Source: the human T2T-CHM13v2.0 reference genome, Homo sapiens
DNA length: 64,000 nt
Assembly (NCBI GenBank): GCA_009914755.4
Contig: CP086569.2
Span: 6,688,001-6,752,000 of the forward strand
Direction of reading: 5' to 3'
Shown here: positions 15,199 through 27,485 of the stretch, one piece after another
Numbering within the stretch: the stretch's first letter is position 1
How the letters are laid out: every line of letters begins with the position of its first letter
Notes under the pieces: model-generated
Databases searched by the model: none
Seen by the model: the letters and a program-made list of their open reading frames with translations, nothing else
Told to the model about the DNA's origin: nothing
Made by a program: the position numbers and the translations under genes

Positions 15199-15550
15199 GT
15201 ACATATACACATACACTCAAGCAAAGCCTGTGGAGAATAGACAGCAAGTGAATGAAAACTAGAAGCAAAAACAAACAGCAGACCAAACCTAAATGTTCCT
15301 ACTCAATTTACCTGGGAGGCTACAGTGTTACCTAGGCTTTTAAAAAACCCGCATATTGAATATTTTATTCTTGACACACAATTTAATATCTTCAAGCTCA
15401 CCAATATCATTATGCATCCTGTGCAACTGAGAAATTCGCTTTAGGTACATGACCAGTAATCAAGACTAAAAGCTTTAATTATGAAAGTATTAATTAGCCA
15501 AATGTCTCTAAGAATGTCTTAAATAATATTTTATTATTTAAACCTTTTCC

Positions 15551-15840
<290 letters not shown>

Positions 15841-18399
15841 ACCCCAAAATACCCAACCTTTTCCACATTTTTATCCCTTTGTAAATGATTACTTACTACA
15901 TTGTTTCATAATTAACCTTTTCAAATGTGTAATTTGAACTTAACTTTTAGATAAGTTCTGAATTAGACAAAAGTATTGTTTTTTCCACTAGTAACATAAC
16001 CCTTTCTGGCACATTTTCTATACAGAATTACATGTTACCTAGAGTTTTTATCCTTAGTAACCTAAAACTTTAGTGAAATCCTAAAAAGCAAGAAATCCTG
16101 AACTATCACTTGCAAGCATTTATAGATAAGAACAATTCCACAATTTTAGAAACATGTTTCCCTATTTTACGACCCTGTCTTAATTGGAAATAACTCGGAT
16201 ATTAAAGGATCATCAAAAATAACTTTTAAAATTTTAATTTACATTAAAAGTTTACCTAAAACAATTATCCTATTCACTGTACTTAATTTTTAGTTTAACA
16301 AGGGAGACATCAGACATTAATCAACATATGTAAAATGAACATGGGTTTGGTCCACAAAGGCAGGATGACACCTTGAAGCAGGGAGAGGGCTTCAGTCTTC
16401 CAGGTCACAGGTAGCAAAGACAGACATAAAATTTGGACAAAATATATGCTGACAATTCTGAGGGCATTTCTCTTTTTGTTCCACCAATGATTGTAAAACT
16501 AGCTTGTTTAGTAAAGTTACAGTTAAGTCACATGAACTTAAAAATTGCCTAGACTTATTTACTTAATTTATGAGTGCTCTTTTATAAGTCAGTTTGGTAG
16601 ACACAACATATAACAATAAGTCTACATACAAATAAACACATCTAGACATGGATACACATACATAAACAATGATCCAATCCCTTAGAACCTTGGCCATGAG
16701 ATAGCAATAGAAGCTTGCCATTGTTACTTTGCCCCAATAGATGTTTGCAATGCTTGTTCCCCAGTGCCATAAAGAAATAGCACATAAACATAAATTTAAT
16801 TTCCTCAGCAAGGCCATTTTTTTACTTTCTGCAGAAAGGGTAGACTTGCCAGCAGTTTTGCCATGAGAGTACACTGAACAAAGGAGACAGGGTTATTTAT
16901 AACCTGACGCATCCACCTTAACTGCCATGTCCGGTTTCCACTGGCTGGAATGGGACCTCACATTCTATATTTGTCCCTATTGGCTAGCAACTTAGAACTT
17001 TTTAATAGAGGCAAAGGTAGAGGAGAACAAAGGAAGCAAGAAGTAACTTGTGGAATGATGAGAAAGGTAAAAAGACGTTTAAATAAGGAAGAGGAACATG
17101 CTATGACCTAATGCTTGCTTGGACCAGCATAAGCATGCCAGGGCAAATATTTAGGCTAAATTCTGGGAGCTAAGAACATAAAGTACATTGATTTCTTTAT
17201 TAGGACTAGCAGATATTTAAGAATGTTAGCACAGGTCTTTGAATAAATTTTGCTTCTAAGAGAAGTTACTATTAATTCCTAATTAGATGGGGAGGAAAGT
17301 TTTTGAAGAGGAGCCTCTGCTTTACTTTTTACATAGATAATCCAGTGAAGGCTGTGCATCAAAATTTCTGGTAAAGCAGTCTCTGTGGCAGTTTGATTTT
17401 TAAAGTCCAAACCTCCCAGATTCCAAAGAGCACTGGGGCCAAAGTATATGAAAGGAGGCATCACATGTTAACCAAGCCCCCTGCTAACAACAGCAGCACA
17501 AAAGCCTGGATACATACGCCATCCCGTTTTCCCATTTGACACCAAACTTCAGATTCTGAACAGTTTTCTAAACAAGCAGCATTGCAACTGTGAGAGAAAA
17601 TTCTAAGAAGAGCTTATGACTAGACCTCAGAACCTCTGCCAAGAGTGTCCCCTTTGAGCAGGTTAAGGTCTGCAGGATCCCCTGGAGTGTCTTCCTGTGG
17701 GGCCCAATCTTAAGAGTGTCAGATGTCTCTGACCTTAGGTGGGCACCAGTGCCTGCTTTCCCTCCAGAGCCTACTATGAGCATTTGTTTGGTACCTAGGT
17801 GTAATCCCCACCTTTTAGCATACTTAGCACACTTTCCCATGCTTGCCATTCCATGAACTTTAATGATAAGAACTGGAGGTTGGGTGGGTTTCTTTTGCCC
17901 TTAGCCAGTTTAATAGGGGAAGAAAATAATTTAGCATAAGAAAAGAAGCTTTAAGTTACCAGAAACATATGCAAGTTCTCTCTGAGCCATGCCGAAGGTA
18001 GGGATCAGGACCACATCCAGAAAATATTTTTTTAAAAAAGTCCATCTCCCTTCTGGGCAGGGCAGTTATAACTTCCCATTCATTCCTAGGCCTTCAGGCA
18101 GTAGCAGGGAGTGGCCCCAGCCAATCGCCCTCAATCTTCAAGGAGCTACTAAAAAACAGCCACTGAAAGACTGAAAAGGAAAGGGGAAAAAAAACAAAAA
18201 AGACCCTGGTCTCTTAAGCAAACCAGCAGTGGCAGTCAGGCTTCTCCACATGGAAACCCATTAGTTTCACTGGCAGAGCCAGAAACCTGCAGTTGCTTCC
18301 ATGTTTAGGCACTGCTGCCCAAGGGTCCGGAGTTGGAAGGGAAAAGAGAGGGAGAAAGATTCTCTTGTACGGAGCAGAAAGGAGAAGGAGAAACATAAA

Positions 18400-19770
18400 T
18401 CTCAAACTTTGGGGCTACCTTCTCCTGGAGTTTCTCCTGGCTGGCTCACCAAAATATATTATTGATGGGTGTGTCCAAGTTCTTGGCATATTGAAGAAAA
18501 AAATTGGACAAGATGCACAAACAAAGCAAGGAAGGATTTGAGAGACAGGACTAGCTGGATTTCCTAGACCAACTAAGAATTCCTCAGCCTAGCTGGGAAG
18601 GTGACTGCATTCACCTTTAAGCGGCTTGCAACTTAGATCATACCCGACCAGTCAGATAGTAAAGAGTGCTCACTAAAATGCTAATTAGGCTAAAACAGGA
18701 GGTAAAGAAATAGTCAATCATCTATTACCTGAGAGCACAGGGGGAGGGGCAGTGGTCAGGATATAAACCCAGGCATTCCAGCCAGCAATGGCTACGCTCT
18801 TTGGGTCCCCTCCTTTTGTATGAGAGCTCTCTTTCCACTCTATTTCACTCTATTAAATCTTGCAAGTGCACTCTTCTGGTCCGTGTTATGGCTTGAGCTG
18901 AGCTTTCACTCGCAGTCCACCACTGCTGTTTGCTACAGTCGCAGACCTACCGCTGACTTCCATCCCTCCAGATCTGGCAGGGTGTCTGCTGTGCTTCTGA
19001 TTCAGTGAGGTGCCCATTGCTACTCCTGATCAGGCTAAAGGCTTGCCATTGTTCCTGCACGGCTAAGTGCCTGGGTTCATCCTAATCGAGCTGAACACTA
19101 GTCACTAGGTTCCATGGTTCTCTTCTGTGACCCACGGCTTCTAATAGAGCTATAACACTCACTGCATGGCCCAAGATTCCATTCCTTGGAATCTGTGAGG
19201 CCAAGAACCCCAGGTCAGGGAACACGAGGCTTGCCACCATCTTGGAAGTGGCCCACTGCTATTTTGGAAGCGGCCTGCCACCATCTTGGGAGCTCTGGGA
19301 GCAAGGACGCCCCCCCAGGTAACAGAATAAAGGGATATATTGAAAATGAAATTACACTCCACAGTTTAGGAGAGGCCCTGAAAGCACAGGGGCTCAAGGG
19401 CCCCATTACAGAATTTTTGAAAGTTTAAATACCCCCAGAGGATTCCACTGGTGTGTACCATGTGTAAATGGAGATGAAGAAGTAAAGTTACAAGTCATTT
19501 ACTCAGTATATGCGCTATGGAGAGGAAATTTCCTGTCATAGCTGAAGTGTGAATAAGCCTTATGTTCTCTGCATGCACACCCTATTTTCCTGCCTCACTA
19601 GGAGGACACGTGCTTGAGGCCAGCAAGATCTCAGGTCTCAGGGTGCTGTGACTCCATTTTCCTCTGCTCATTGCCTTCTGCCTTTCCCCTGTTGAGAAAC
19701 CTTCATAGCTTCCATTCCTTGGCACTCCAGATGCCAGGACACTGAGGACCAATAAAACACCATCTCATTT
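18400..19770 (+). mobile_element. ERV1-class LTR-like repeat, copy B, interrupted by a nested solo LTR17
   Basis: Flanks 18400..18538 and 19325..19770 are homologous to 9400..9830 and end with an LTR-like ...ccaataaaacaccatctca. The interruption is the LTR17 annotated separately. Confidence 0.4.
18539..19324 (+). mobile_element. Solo LTR of the HERV-W/HERV17 family (LTR17), nested insertion
   Basis: Strong match to my recollection of the HERV-W LTR: tgagagacaggactagctggatttcctag..ctaagaat..ctagctgggaaggtgac...ctcactaaaatgctaattaggc.aaaacaggaggtaaagaaatag.caatcatctatt.cctgagagcacag...ctgagctttcactcgcagtccaccactgctgtttgc...gcttgccaccatcttggaag. TG...CA termini, ~785 bp, no internal sequence. 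Confidence 0.75.
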
Positions 19771-19792
19771 ATCTCAGTGGTTTCTAGTCATT

Positions 19793-19975
19793 AAAGTCAG
19801 GCCAGGGGAGGTGACTCAAATTTATAATCCCCACATTTTAGGAGGCCAAGGTGGGAGGATCGCTTCAGGCCAGGAGTTTGAGGTTGTAGTGAGCTGTGAT
19901 CACACCACTGCACAGCAACTTGGTTGATAGAAGAAGACCCTGTCTCTAAAGAAAGAGAGAGAGTGCGCTCTTGGA
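19793..19975 (+). mobile_element. Alu-related monomer/partial Alu
   Basis: aggccaggggaggtgactcaaatttataatccccacattttaggaggccaaggtgggaggatcgcttcaggccaggagtttgaggttgtagtgagctgtgatcacaccactgcac. Confidence 0.7.
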
Positions 19976-21063
19976 GTTTAAAAAAGAGTACGTGTTTTTA
20001 CCGTCTTAGACAGTTACTGCATTTTGTGATGTGCTTGTTTATTTGGGTGTGCACATATGAAGGAGGAGCAGGGTATGAAAGTGTCTTGACCAGTCACCAT
20101 TGCCTACTCCATGGCCAGAATCAGGAGCCAAGGTTGCCTGAGGTGATGCGGCTAGTTGTTTACATGGGTTGTATTGCTTTCCTTATTTCAAATAGTGTCT
20201 TGTAATCAGAAATCTTCTGGGATGGTGTTTCATTTAGTTATTCTTCAACTGAAACACGAGCCTTTCAATTCTTCCTTGTTTCTGAGGTTGTTCAAGTTCG
20301 GGGAGTATAAAAACGTCTTTGCATGTGCACCAGACACTACCCCAAGGCATATTCAGTTTCATGTGATTTTAGTATTTGGCATGCTGCACAAGGAAGGAAC
20401 TTCCTCCTGTATATTTAAATGTGTGTGGAAAGTTTTCTCTGGTAGATGGAAATCAAAGAATCAAAGAATGTTAAAAACAAAAAACAAAAAACGTGAATCA
20501 GAATGAAATGATGTTGTTAATTATGTCAAGGCTCTAGTTAGTCTAACCCTGAACCCAACGAGTCATTTGAAGTAGCAGCAAGTGCCTATTTTATTAAATC
20601 TCATGAACAGATGGACTTCCAATCCAGGCCTGAATGGTGTGGGCTTCTGAAGCATTACCCTCCCGTATAATGGGTGGACATTTGCAGAGATTTTGCACAG
20701 TCAGGAAGCACCCGGACAGGGCTTCTCCACCCCAGCACTCAGTATTTGGGGCTGGTTGAGTCTTTGTAGTGGGGCTGCCCTGGGCACTGTAGGGTGTTCA
20801 GTAGCATCCCCAGGCTCCACCCACCAGATGTCAGGAGCATTCCTCCTCCTCAGTTGTTACAACCAAAACTATCTCCAGACATTGCCTATTACCCCCAAGG
20901 AGGCATAGTCACCCCTCACTGAGAATCACTGCATCAGGGATACCACAGTTTGTCCAGAATAAATGGCCTTTTTGTCCTGAATGCCCCAACTGGGTTTGAC
21001 ATTCCGAACAGTGGTCACACCTAGTTCTTAACAGTTTGCCATGTTCCCTTCCCCTTTCCCACC

Positions 21064-21672
21064 ATGGAATCATTCACCCCACGCTCCTGGGCTCTGGGTT
21101 GTTATGAATAAAGTTTCAGTGCTTCCAAAGAAATAGCACTCAAATATAAAATTTTCTTTTAATTCTCAGCAAGACAAGTTATTTCTATAGAAAGGTGTGC
21201 CCTTACACCCAAATTACATCCAAATTACAGATGGAGCAATGGTGAGTGCACACCCGAGGCAGGGGAAGGGGGTTTTATCCCTGACTCACGTGGCCCCTCC
21301 TGCTGTGTCGTTCCTCTATTGGCTAGGGTTAGACCACACAGGTTAAACTAATTCCAATTGGCTAGTTTAAAGAGAATGACGGGGTGAGTGGTTTGGCTGA
21401 GAAAATGATTATGACAGAGCAGGTAATCAGGATGAGTCAGGGTGGAGCAGGTAATCAGAATGAGTCAGGGTGGAGCAGGTAATTGGATTGAGTCAGGGTG
21501 GAGCAGGTAATCAGAATGAGGGTGGAGCAGGTAATTCAAACGAGTCAGGGTGGAGCAGGTAATTGAAAAAGATTGCTTTATGAGGAAGTTAAGTTTAAAA
21601 GTAGAAGGTAAAGAATTGAACCTACTGACATGTTGATTCTTTGAAAAGAAATTTAGAACTCATGTCTAACCA
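21064..21672 (-). mobile_element. Provirus 3' LTR (in element orientation)
   Basis: Homologous to 27486..28075. Contains gcaggtaat[c/t]a[g/a]aatgagtcagggtgga repeated ~5.5 times (21419..21570). The + strand end tctaac(c)a is shared with the other copy. Confidence 0.8.
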
Positions 21673-21923
21673 CCCCTCCCCTTGTATTTCTTACAGCTCT
21701 TTCTTCTCTAACTTTTTTTTAAACATGTTTTGGCTTAGTTGTTTTGCTTAATTTTCCAAAAGAAGAAGCTTCTCTGGATAAGGTGGAGGATAGTTAAGGG
21801 AGGTTTTAGTAAGTGCTGGTTCTATGAGCCTCTGCACCAACCCATGGATGCATGGTATGACACAGCACCCAACAAGAATAAGTACACCCATTTCGGCTGT
21901 GAGGGAAGTAAGAATTGAGGCTG

Positions 21924-22157
21924 TCATTCCTTTCTACCAAACCACTTTTCTAACCATCCTGTAAATGGGTCATTTACCCCTGAGTTGCTGGCCAACTGAT
22001 TGGATAGAGCAGTCACACACTGCAATGCCTTTGTTATACTTCCATCAGGGGTAGTGGTGTTTGGGATGAAGGTGCAACATTGAGTTTTAATCATGAAGCA
22101 AACTCCTCCGCTTTCTGCTAATATCATGTCTAAGGCTATCCTATTTTCCCAAGCCAT
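21924..22157 (-). pseudogene. Retroviral env TM (transmembrane subunit) remnant with an immunosuppressive-domain-like motif
   Basis: ORF-track peptide ...ENRIALDMILAESGGVCFMIKTQCCTFIPNTT resembles the gamma-type TM motif (..QNRRALDLLTAE.GG.C..L.E.CCFY.N.S). Confidence 0.7.
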
Positions 22158-22661
22158 CTGGCAAGCAGCCCCTAATTTCTCAGCTATTCCTTTAACAGCA
22201 TCTCTAGTGTAGTTAATAAACTGCTGTTTGTTGTATAAATATAATTGATCTAATCTACATGCTTATTAATTGTCACCCACCAAAATATTGACAAAAATCC
22301 TGCAGCTATTTGATTGCGGGCTTTAAATTGACTGGTATTCCCTGTGGGACTCTAATTGTATCTAAAAAGATGTGAGAGTCAAAAGACCCTTAAGGGGCTT
22401 CTCTCACTTTATAGTGTCTTCTTTTTCCTTCCTCTGGTTGATGAAATGCCAGGGTGAAATGGATAGCCAATTGGACTAAAGCACAAGTGCCATTCCAGTT
22501 ACTTAGCAGAGTATCCAGTAAAGGTCCACCACAATACCACCACACAAAAGGTCCACCACAATACCACCATACCTCCACTTGGGGATGAACAAGGGCTGAC
22601 TGATTGGTAAACTCTTGAAAATTCTTAAGCTCACTGCATCCCTTCAGGTCTCCAAGGAATG

Positions 22662-23186
22662 CTAAGTTTTCTCCCTGTTTGAGAGACATGAAGTGAACTT
22701 AGTGTTGGGAAACGGAGGCTGGATGGCTCTCGGGCTGACCCTCAGGGTGCCAGGCTTTGGGATATAGCAAGACTGAGCTTGGCATGACGTGTTACCCCAG
22801 GCTGTAGAATCCTGGAAAAGAGCTACTATACAGACCATGCCTGGTTGACTGAAGGACCATCCTAGTGGAAAGGGGACAATCTGGGCCCCTGGCCTGCCAT
22901 GCACACAAGCATAACATTTGCTTTTGTTTAATGTGTGGACAGAATATTTGATCCATTCCACCCAAACATTTGCATCTTGGCATCCTGTCTTAATTGCCAA
23001 AGTTTGTTTTAAGTCTTTACATTTTACAATAGCTATCTTGGTCTTGTCATTAGATGGAGGAGAAACAATTGTTCCATTGTGAGAGGTTTTGGAAGAAGGT
23101 TTAGAGGAAGTTGCAGGTGGTGGGGGATCAAAGAAACGCATTTCAAAGAATCTGACAGGGTTTGTCCTTGAAACCTCAGCCCCCAT
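22662..23186 (-). pseudogene. Retroviral env SU (surface subunit) ORF remnant, 174 codons open; the longest ORF in the window
   Basis: ORF-track 22662..23186(-). It contains a CxxC motif (CYAC) and N-glycosylation sequons (NGT, NKS, NTS), and lies directly upstream, in element orientation, of the TM remnant. No intact full-length env. Confidence 0.65.
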
Positions 23187-25012
23187 ACCATAAGAAGGGA
23201 ACCGGGCTTAGGAATGGGGAAGAACTTTGAGGGTTTGAGATAATAACCTGTATAGAATTACACTGATTTACCTGACAGTTAGCAGGGAGGGCTGTTCCTC
23301 TAGTAAAATGAATGTATGGTTTTAGGAAATTACAAAAACTGGTTGGGGCAGTCCATTTTTGCTCTTTAATGGTCCACAGATCATTGGACCAACTATGGCA
23401 TAAAAGCTCTACATGGGGGAGCAAGACCCCTGGCTGACACTGAGGCCTTACTGAAATCTCTCTGGATTAAGTGGTCCCAATACACTAATGCTCGGTCTGA
23501 GGAGAGTCAGGAGGGACAGAGGTACTTTTCTGAAGTACAGAGCTGTCTTTGACTTGGCAAGTCCCCAGGGGTATAACAAGGCAAGCATTAAATGCAATAG
23601 TTTGAGGCGAAATTGACTAGGTTATGTTAATAACTAGGTCAGCAATAGAGCAAAGAAGAAAGAGAAATAGAATAGATGAAAGAGTTAAATTTTTCTTAGC
23701 TTTAGTTTGGTAGGGTTTTCCCCTGGGACTACACCCCACGACTCTGGAGGGGGTGGCGCTTTCTTGACTCGGGTGTGATGAATCCATCCCCTTCCACTGT
23801 ATGAACAGGAGTCTCCATGGTTAGCAGCACAAAGTAGATTCCTTCCCAGGCTGGCTGGGGTTTTCCTTCTTTCCACCCTTTGATGAGAATGTGATCCTCA
23901 GGCTGGTGCTGGTTTACCAGAAATTCTAGGAGTGGTACCTGTGCTAAAAGACTTTAGTTTTCAGGGAAAGGAAAGTGGAAGATAAACTAAGTATGAAATT
24001 GACCTTTTGTTTTAAATGTGGGGACGTCAGCAGTGGGCTTTATAGTCCTTGGTGCCTTCTTACTGAGAAATTTCCTTTAGCACCTATTTTTATTAGTTTT
24101 TAGACCAAAGAAAGCCAAACACCATTTTATATTTGACAGTGCTTCCTGTATGGTTTTTATACCAGATAAGCTAAATTTCGCCTTTATATTAGGGTGTTAT
24201 TAGTGTTAAACTTAGTTTTAATAAAACCTTGTAGGCATATTTATTCAATTTTTAATGTCTGACCATAAGGTAAGATTTTCATAGACTCTTCTTAACCTTT
24301 CATGATTTTTGTTAAAGAGCAGGTTAATGCTTTAAGAAAAACCTGTTGTGCTCTTATTTTAATGTCCAGTTCACAAAAAAAACTGAATGATACCCCTTTA
24401 ACTTTATCCAATATATTTACACACAGAATTTCCTTTACAATTAACGTTTCAAAACTTGCTTAAACTGTTAAAACAAAATATATATATTTTTACCCTTTTA
24501 ATGTAGGTAAAAATCCACATTCTTATGCCTCCTTATAATCCTTTTACCAAAGGTATATTTTACTTTCCTTATACACTTTGCACATAAACTGTTTTTTCTG
24601 TAGTTCCACGTTTAGGAGTCCTATTTACTTTTAAATTATACAATATTTCTTGCATAAATTCCCTTTTATACCTTTTTTTTTTCCACGACTTTCACAGACA
24701 ATTCTTTGACCTGCCTTAGCTTTCTGACTTGTTGCATCCATCCCTTTCTTTAAATAACTAGTTAATTTATTTTAGGACAAGAATTTACTATATAACATTC
24801 CTTTTTATATAAATTCTCCCCCTGCCTTTTTTTTTTTTTTCTCAACGTTGATAACCATTCTTTTCCAAGCAACTTGCTTCATGTCTGTGTTCTAGACTGC
24901 CTAAGGCCACAAGATTAGAAGTTAGGATAATACATGTTACACTGTTCACTTTTAGCAAATTTTACTTTTGTTGAAAACCGTGTAAGTTTGTGATTTCAAT
25001 TATCCTTTGCTA

Positions 25013-25216
25013 TTAATGAGATTGTTTAGTCCAAATTAACTTAGAATTGGTATAGATGGTTCCTTCCTGGTTCTGTAAGTACTTTAAGGCTTGTCTGAGA
25101 GCAAACAGATAACATGTTTGAGCAGACCAATTATTAGGCAATTTTCCTGACTCTGCTTTTACAAGAGTTTCCTTATCACTTACTGAATACCCATTATGTC
25201 TTTTTCCTTCTGTCAC
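25013..25216 (-). pseudogene. Retroviral pol RNase H domain remnant
   Basis: ORF-track peptide ...LPNNWSAQTCYLFALRQALKYLQNQEGTIYTNSKLIW matches the RNase H motif (SAQ.AEL.AL..AL......NIYTDS.Y). Confidence 0.65.
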
Positions 25217-26939
25217 CCCGAAGGAACCATTTACTGTCCTGACCTGAAAGGAGTTCCACCTAGGTCTGGTTGGACCTTTCTATGGTAATTAATTAAGATT
25301 TAGATAACCTGTTAGGAAACCTGCTGGGTCAAGAGAATTATCAGTGGTTAATGTTAAATGATCTTTTTCTAACAGAATAGCCCCAAACTTTCAGATTTTT
25401 GAGTTAGTAAGCTACATTTTTGCTTTTTTTTTTTTTTTTTTTTTTTTTTGATTTAGGATAGTTCTGAACTGGTGAGGTGTACTTACAATGAGGTTTCCTC
25501 TAAAAGTATTTTTCTACTTTCTTCTGTTAGCAAAGCATTTGCCGCTACAGATTGAATGCATTTGGGCCATTCTGGGTTTACTGGGTTAAGGATTTTTGAT
25601 TAGGAAGGCTACAGGTTTTCAGTGGCCTCAGTGCTTTAGGGCTACGCTCTTGTTTATACTGACAACAAGGTCGTGTTGGAATGTTACAGGGTCATGGAGA
25701 AGACCTTCATTATGATCAATTACAGGTTTTAAATTCACCCTGACTTTTAAAGGTATAGGGTACACTGTTTTCTCTTTACTACTTCTATCTCTCTCTTTTT
25801 CTTTTTCTTTGACTTCCTGTCTCTCTCTTTCTGTCTGTTTGACCCCTTCTTTGTGTCTCTGTCTCTTCCTCTCTCTTTCTCTCTCTCTCTCTCTGCTGTT
25901 GTTTCGCTTCCTCTACCAGCTGCTTATACCGCTGTTCTCCCCTCTCCTTCTCCTTCCCCTAGGGGAGGGACCAGCGGAAGTGGAGCTACTTATTCTTTCT
26001 TCCCCTGAAAGAAGAACACCCAAGATGGATATTAACATGACCTAAGTGTATAAATGAGGTTCTAAGAACTGTTCAATTTGGTCTGCCACTCCATAACGGT
26101 CATCTAGTAGCAGTTTAAGCCCCTTTTTAAAATTCTGGACTTACGAACTGGTTAGGGAGGCATTTACAAAGCCAATGCCTGCCCCCCCACCCCCTCCCCT
26201 GCCTTGTGGTACCTCTTTCAAAGGGAAGAGGGTCCAAGCTGACCTCTTAGGTACAGAGGGAAATGGAAAATTCTGAATATCTTTTTTACATTCATCTACC
26301 TCATGCTGGAGTCATTTTAGAGAGGGGTATTTAGGTTGGGAGAGAACAGGCTGGTGGAATGGTAATTCCTAAGAGTCAGGGTTATGAGGAGGAGGGCTCA
26401 TGTGAGTAGAGGGGGAATTTGGAATGGGATCTGAGGTGGCCGTGGCTGTCTGAGGGGAAAGACTGGGGACACTGAATGGGGGAACATAGACTAGGGGATC
26501 CCATGTGCTGGAATCTTTAGGCATGAGAGCTGGCTCCTCTGATTTTTCATTTTGAGGTGCCAGATTAGGTTCTTCCCTACTTGTTATTAAGGGAAAAAGG
26601 AGGGCAAGTCCTTGCCTCCAACAAAGGGCGTAGCCTACTTCTTGAGACACTGGACTTTTAGCATTAACGTGTCAGATTAGAAGCTGACACATTACATCCT
26701 CGTTTGACCCAAACTTTTGCCAGAAAATTGAGGATTTGAGGATGGGTCCCTGAGTCTAAATAAAAGAGCACTATTTTATCATTTGTTGCTTTTTCCTATG
26801 TTTAGTCCTTTCATTATCCTTCCAGTGTTTTAGCATGAGACCTATGAAGGTATTGGGGGGATATCTTTGTTACCATCTTTATCCTCCCTGCTCCCTGTCT
26901 TGCTTGGGGTATTTCCCTTCTTGATGGTTTTGGGGTCAG

Positions 26940-27115
26940 GTTCAAGGTTCAATGTCCGTTACTGAAAAATTCTCACCTTTTGGGGTGAGGCTCAATTTCC
27001 GCTAGTGGAAATTTCTTGCCTTTTGGGTTGAGGCTTAATTTCCCCACTGGAAATTTCTTGTGTTTTGGGCTGAGGCTCAATTTCCCCACTGGAAATTTCT
27101 TGCCTTTTCTACTAC
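26940..27115. repeat. ~35-bp tandem repeat x4 in the provirus 5' leader
   Basis: ggggtgaggctcaatttccgctagtggaaatttcttgccttttggg / ttgaggcttaatttccccactggaaatttcttgtgttttggg / ctgaggctcaatttccccactggaaatttcttgcctttt. Confidence 0.8.
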
Positions 27116-27485
27116 TGGAAGTTTGTGTGAGGTTCAGTCCCCCACAGTGGGGATGTCTCACCTCTTTTTAACCTCTAAGCCGCCCCCGACCAAGGGGTAC
27201 TTCACTGAACCCCCTGCGGCTTTCTCATCGTGGTCCCGACCACCAAGGAAATACTTTACCAGCTCCCCTGGCTTTTCTTTCCCTGGTCTGTGCACAGAGT
27301 AATCGCCACAGTATGTGAGGATCCTTTAAGCTAGGATGCTGGCAAGTTTTTAATTTTTTTTCCCGCGTGTTGCTGAGCGTTCAGGTTATTCCTCGCACAG
27401 GGTGGGTTCTGATTTTTCACCCCTGAGACCGCCACAAGGGGTGGGGCATGACTTCTCACCAGAGAGAGTCAGAGACAGTCCCCAG

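Noticed and set aside
21419-21570. Regular 28-bp direct repeats, superficially CRISPR-like
   Set aside because: Units are contiguous with no unique spacers, occur identically in both LTRs of a retroviral element, and the sequence is eukaryotic (Alu/L1-rich); these are U3 enhancer tandem repeats.
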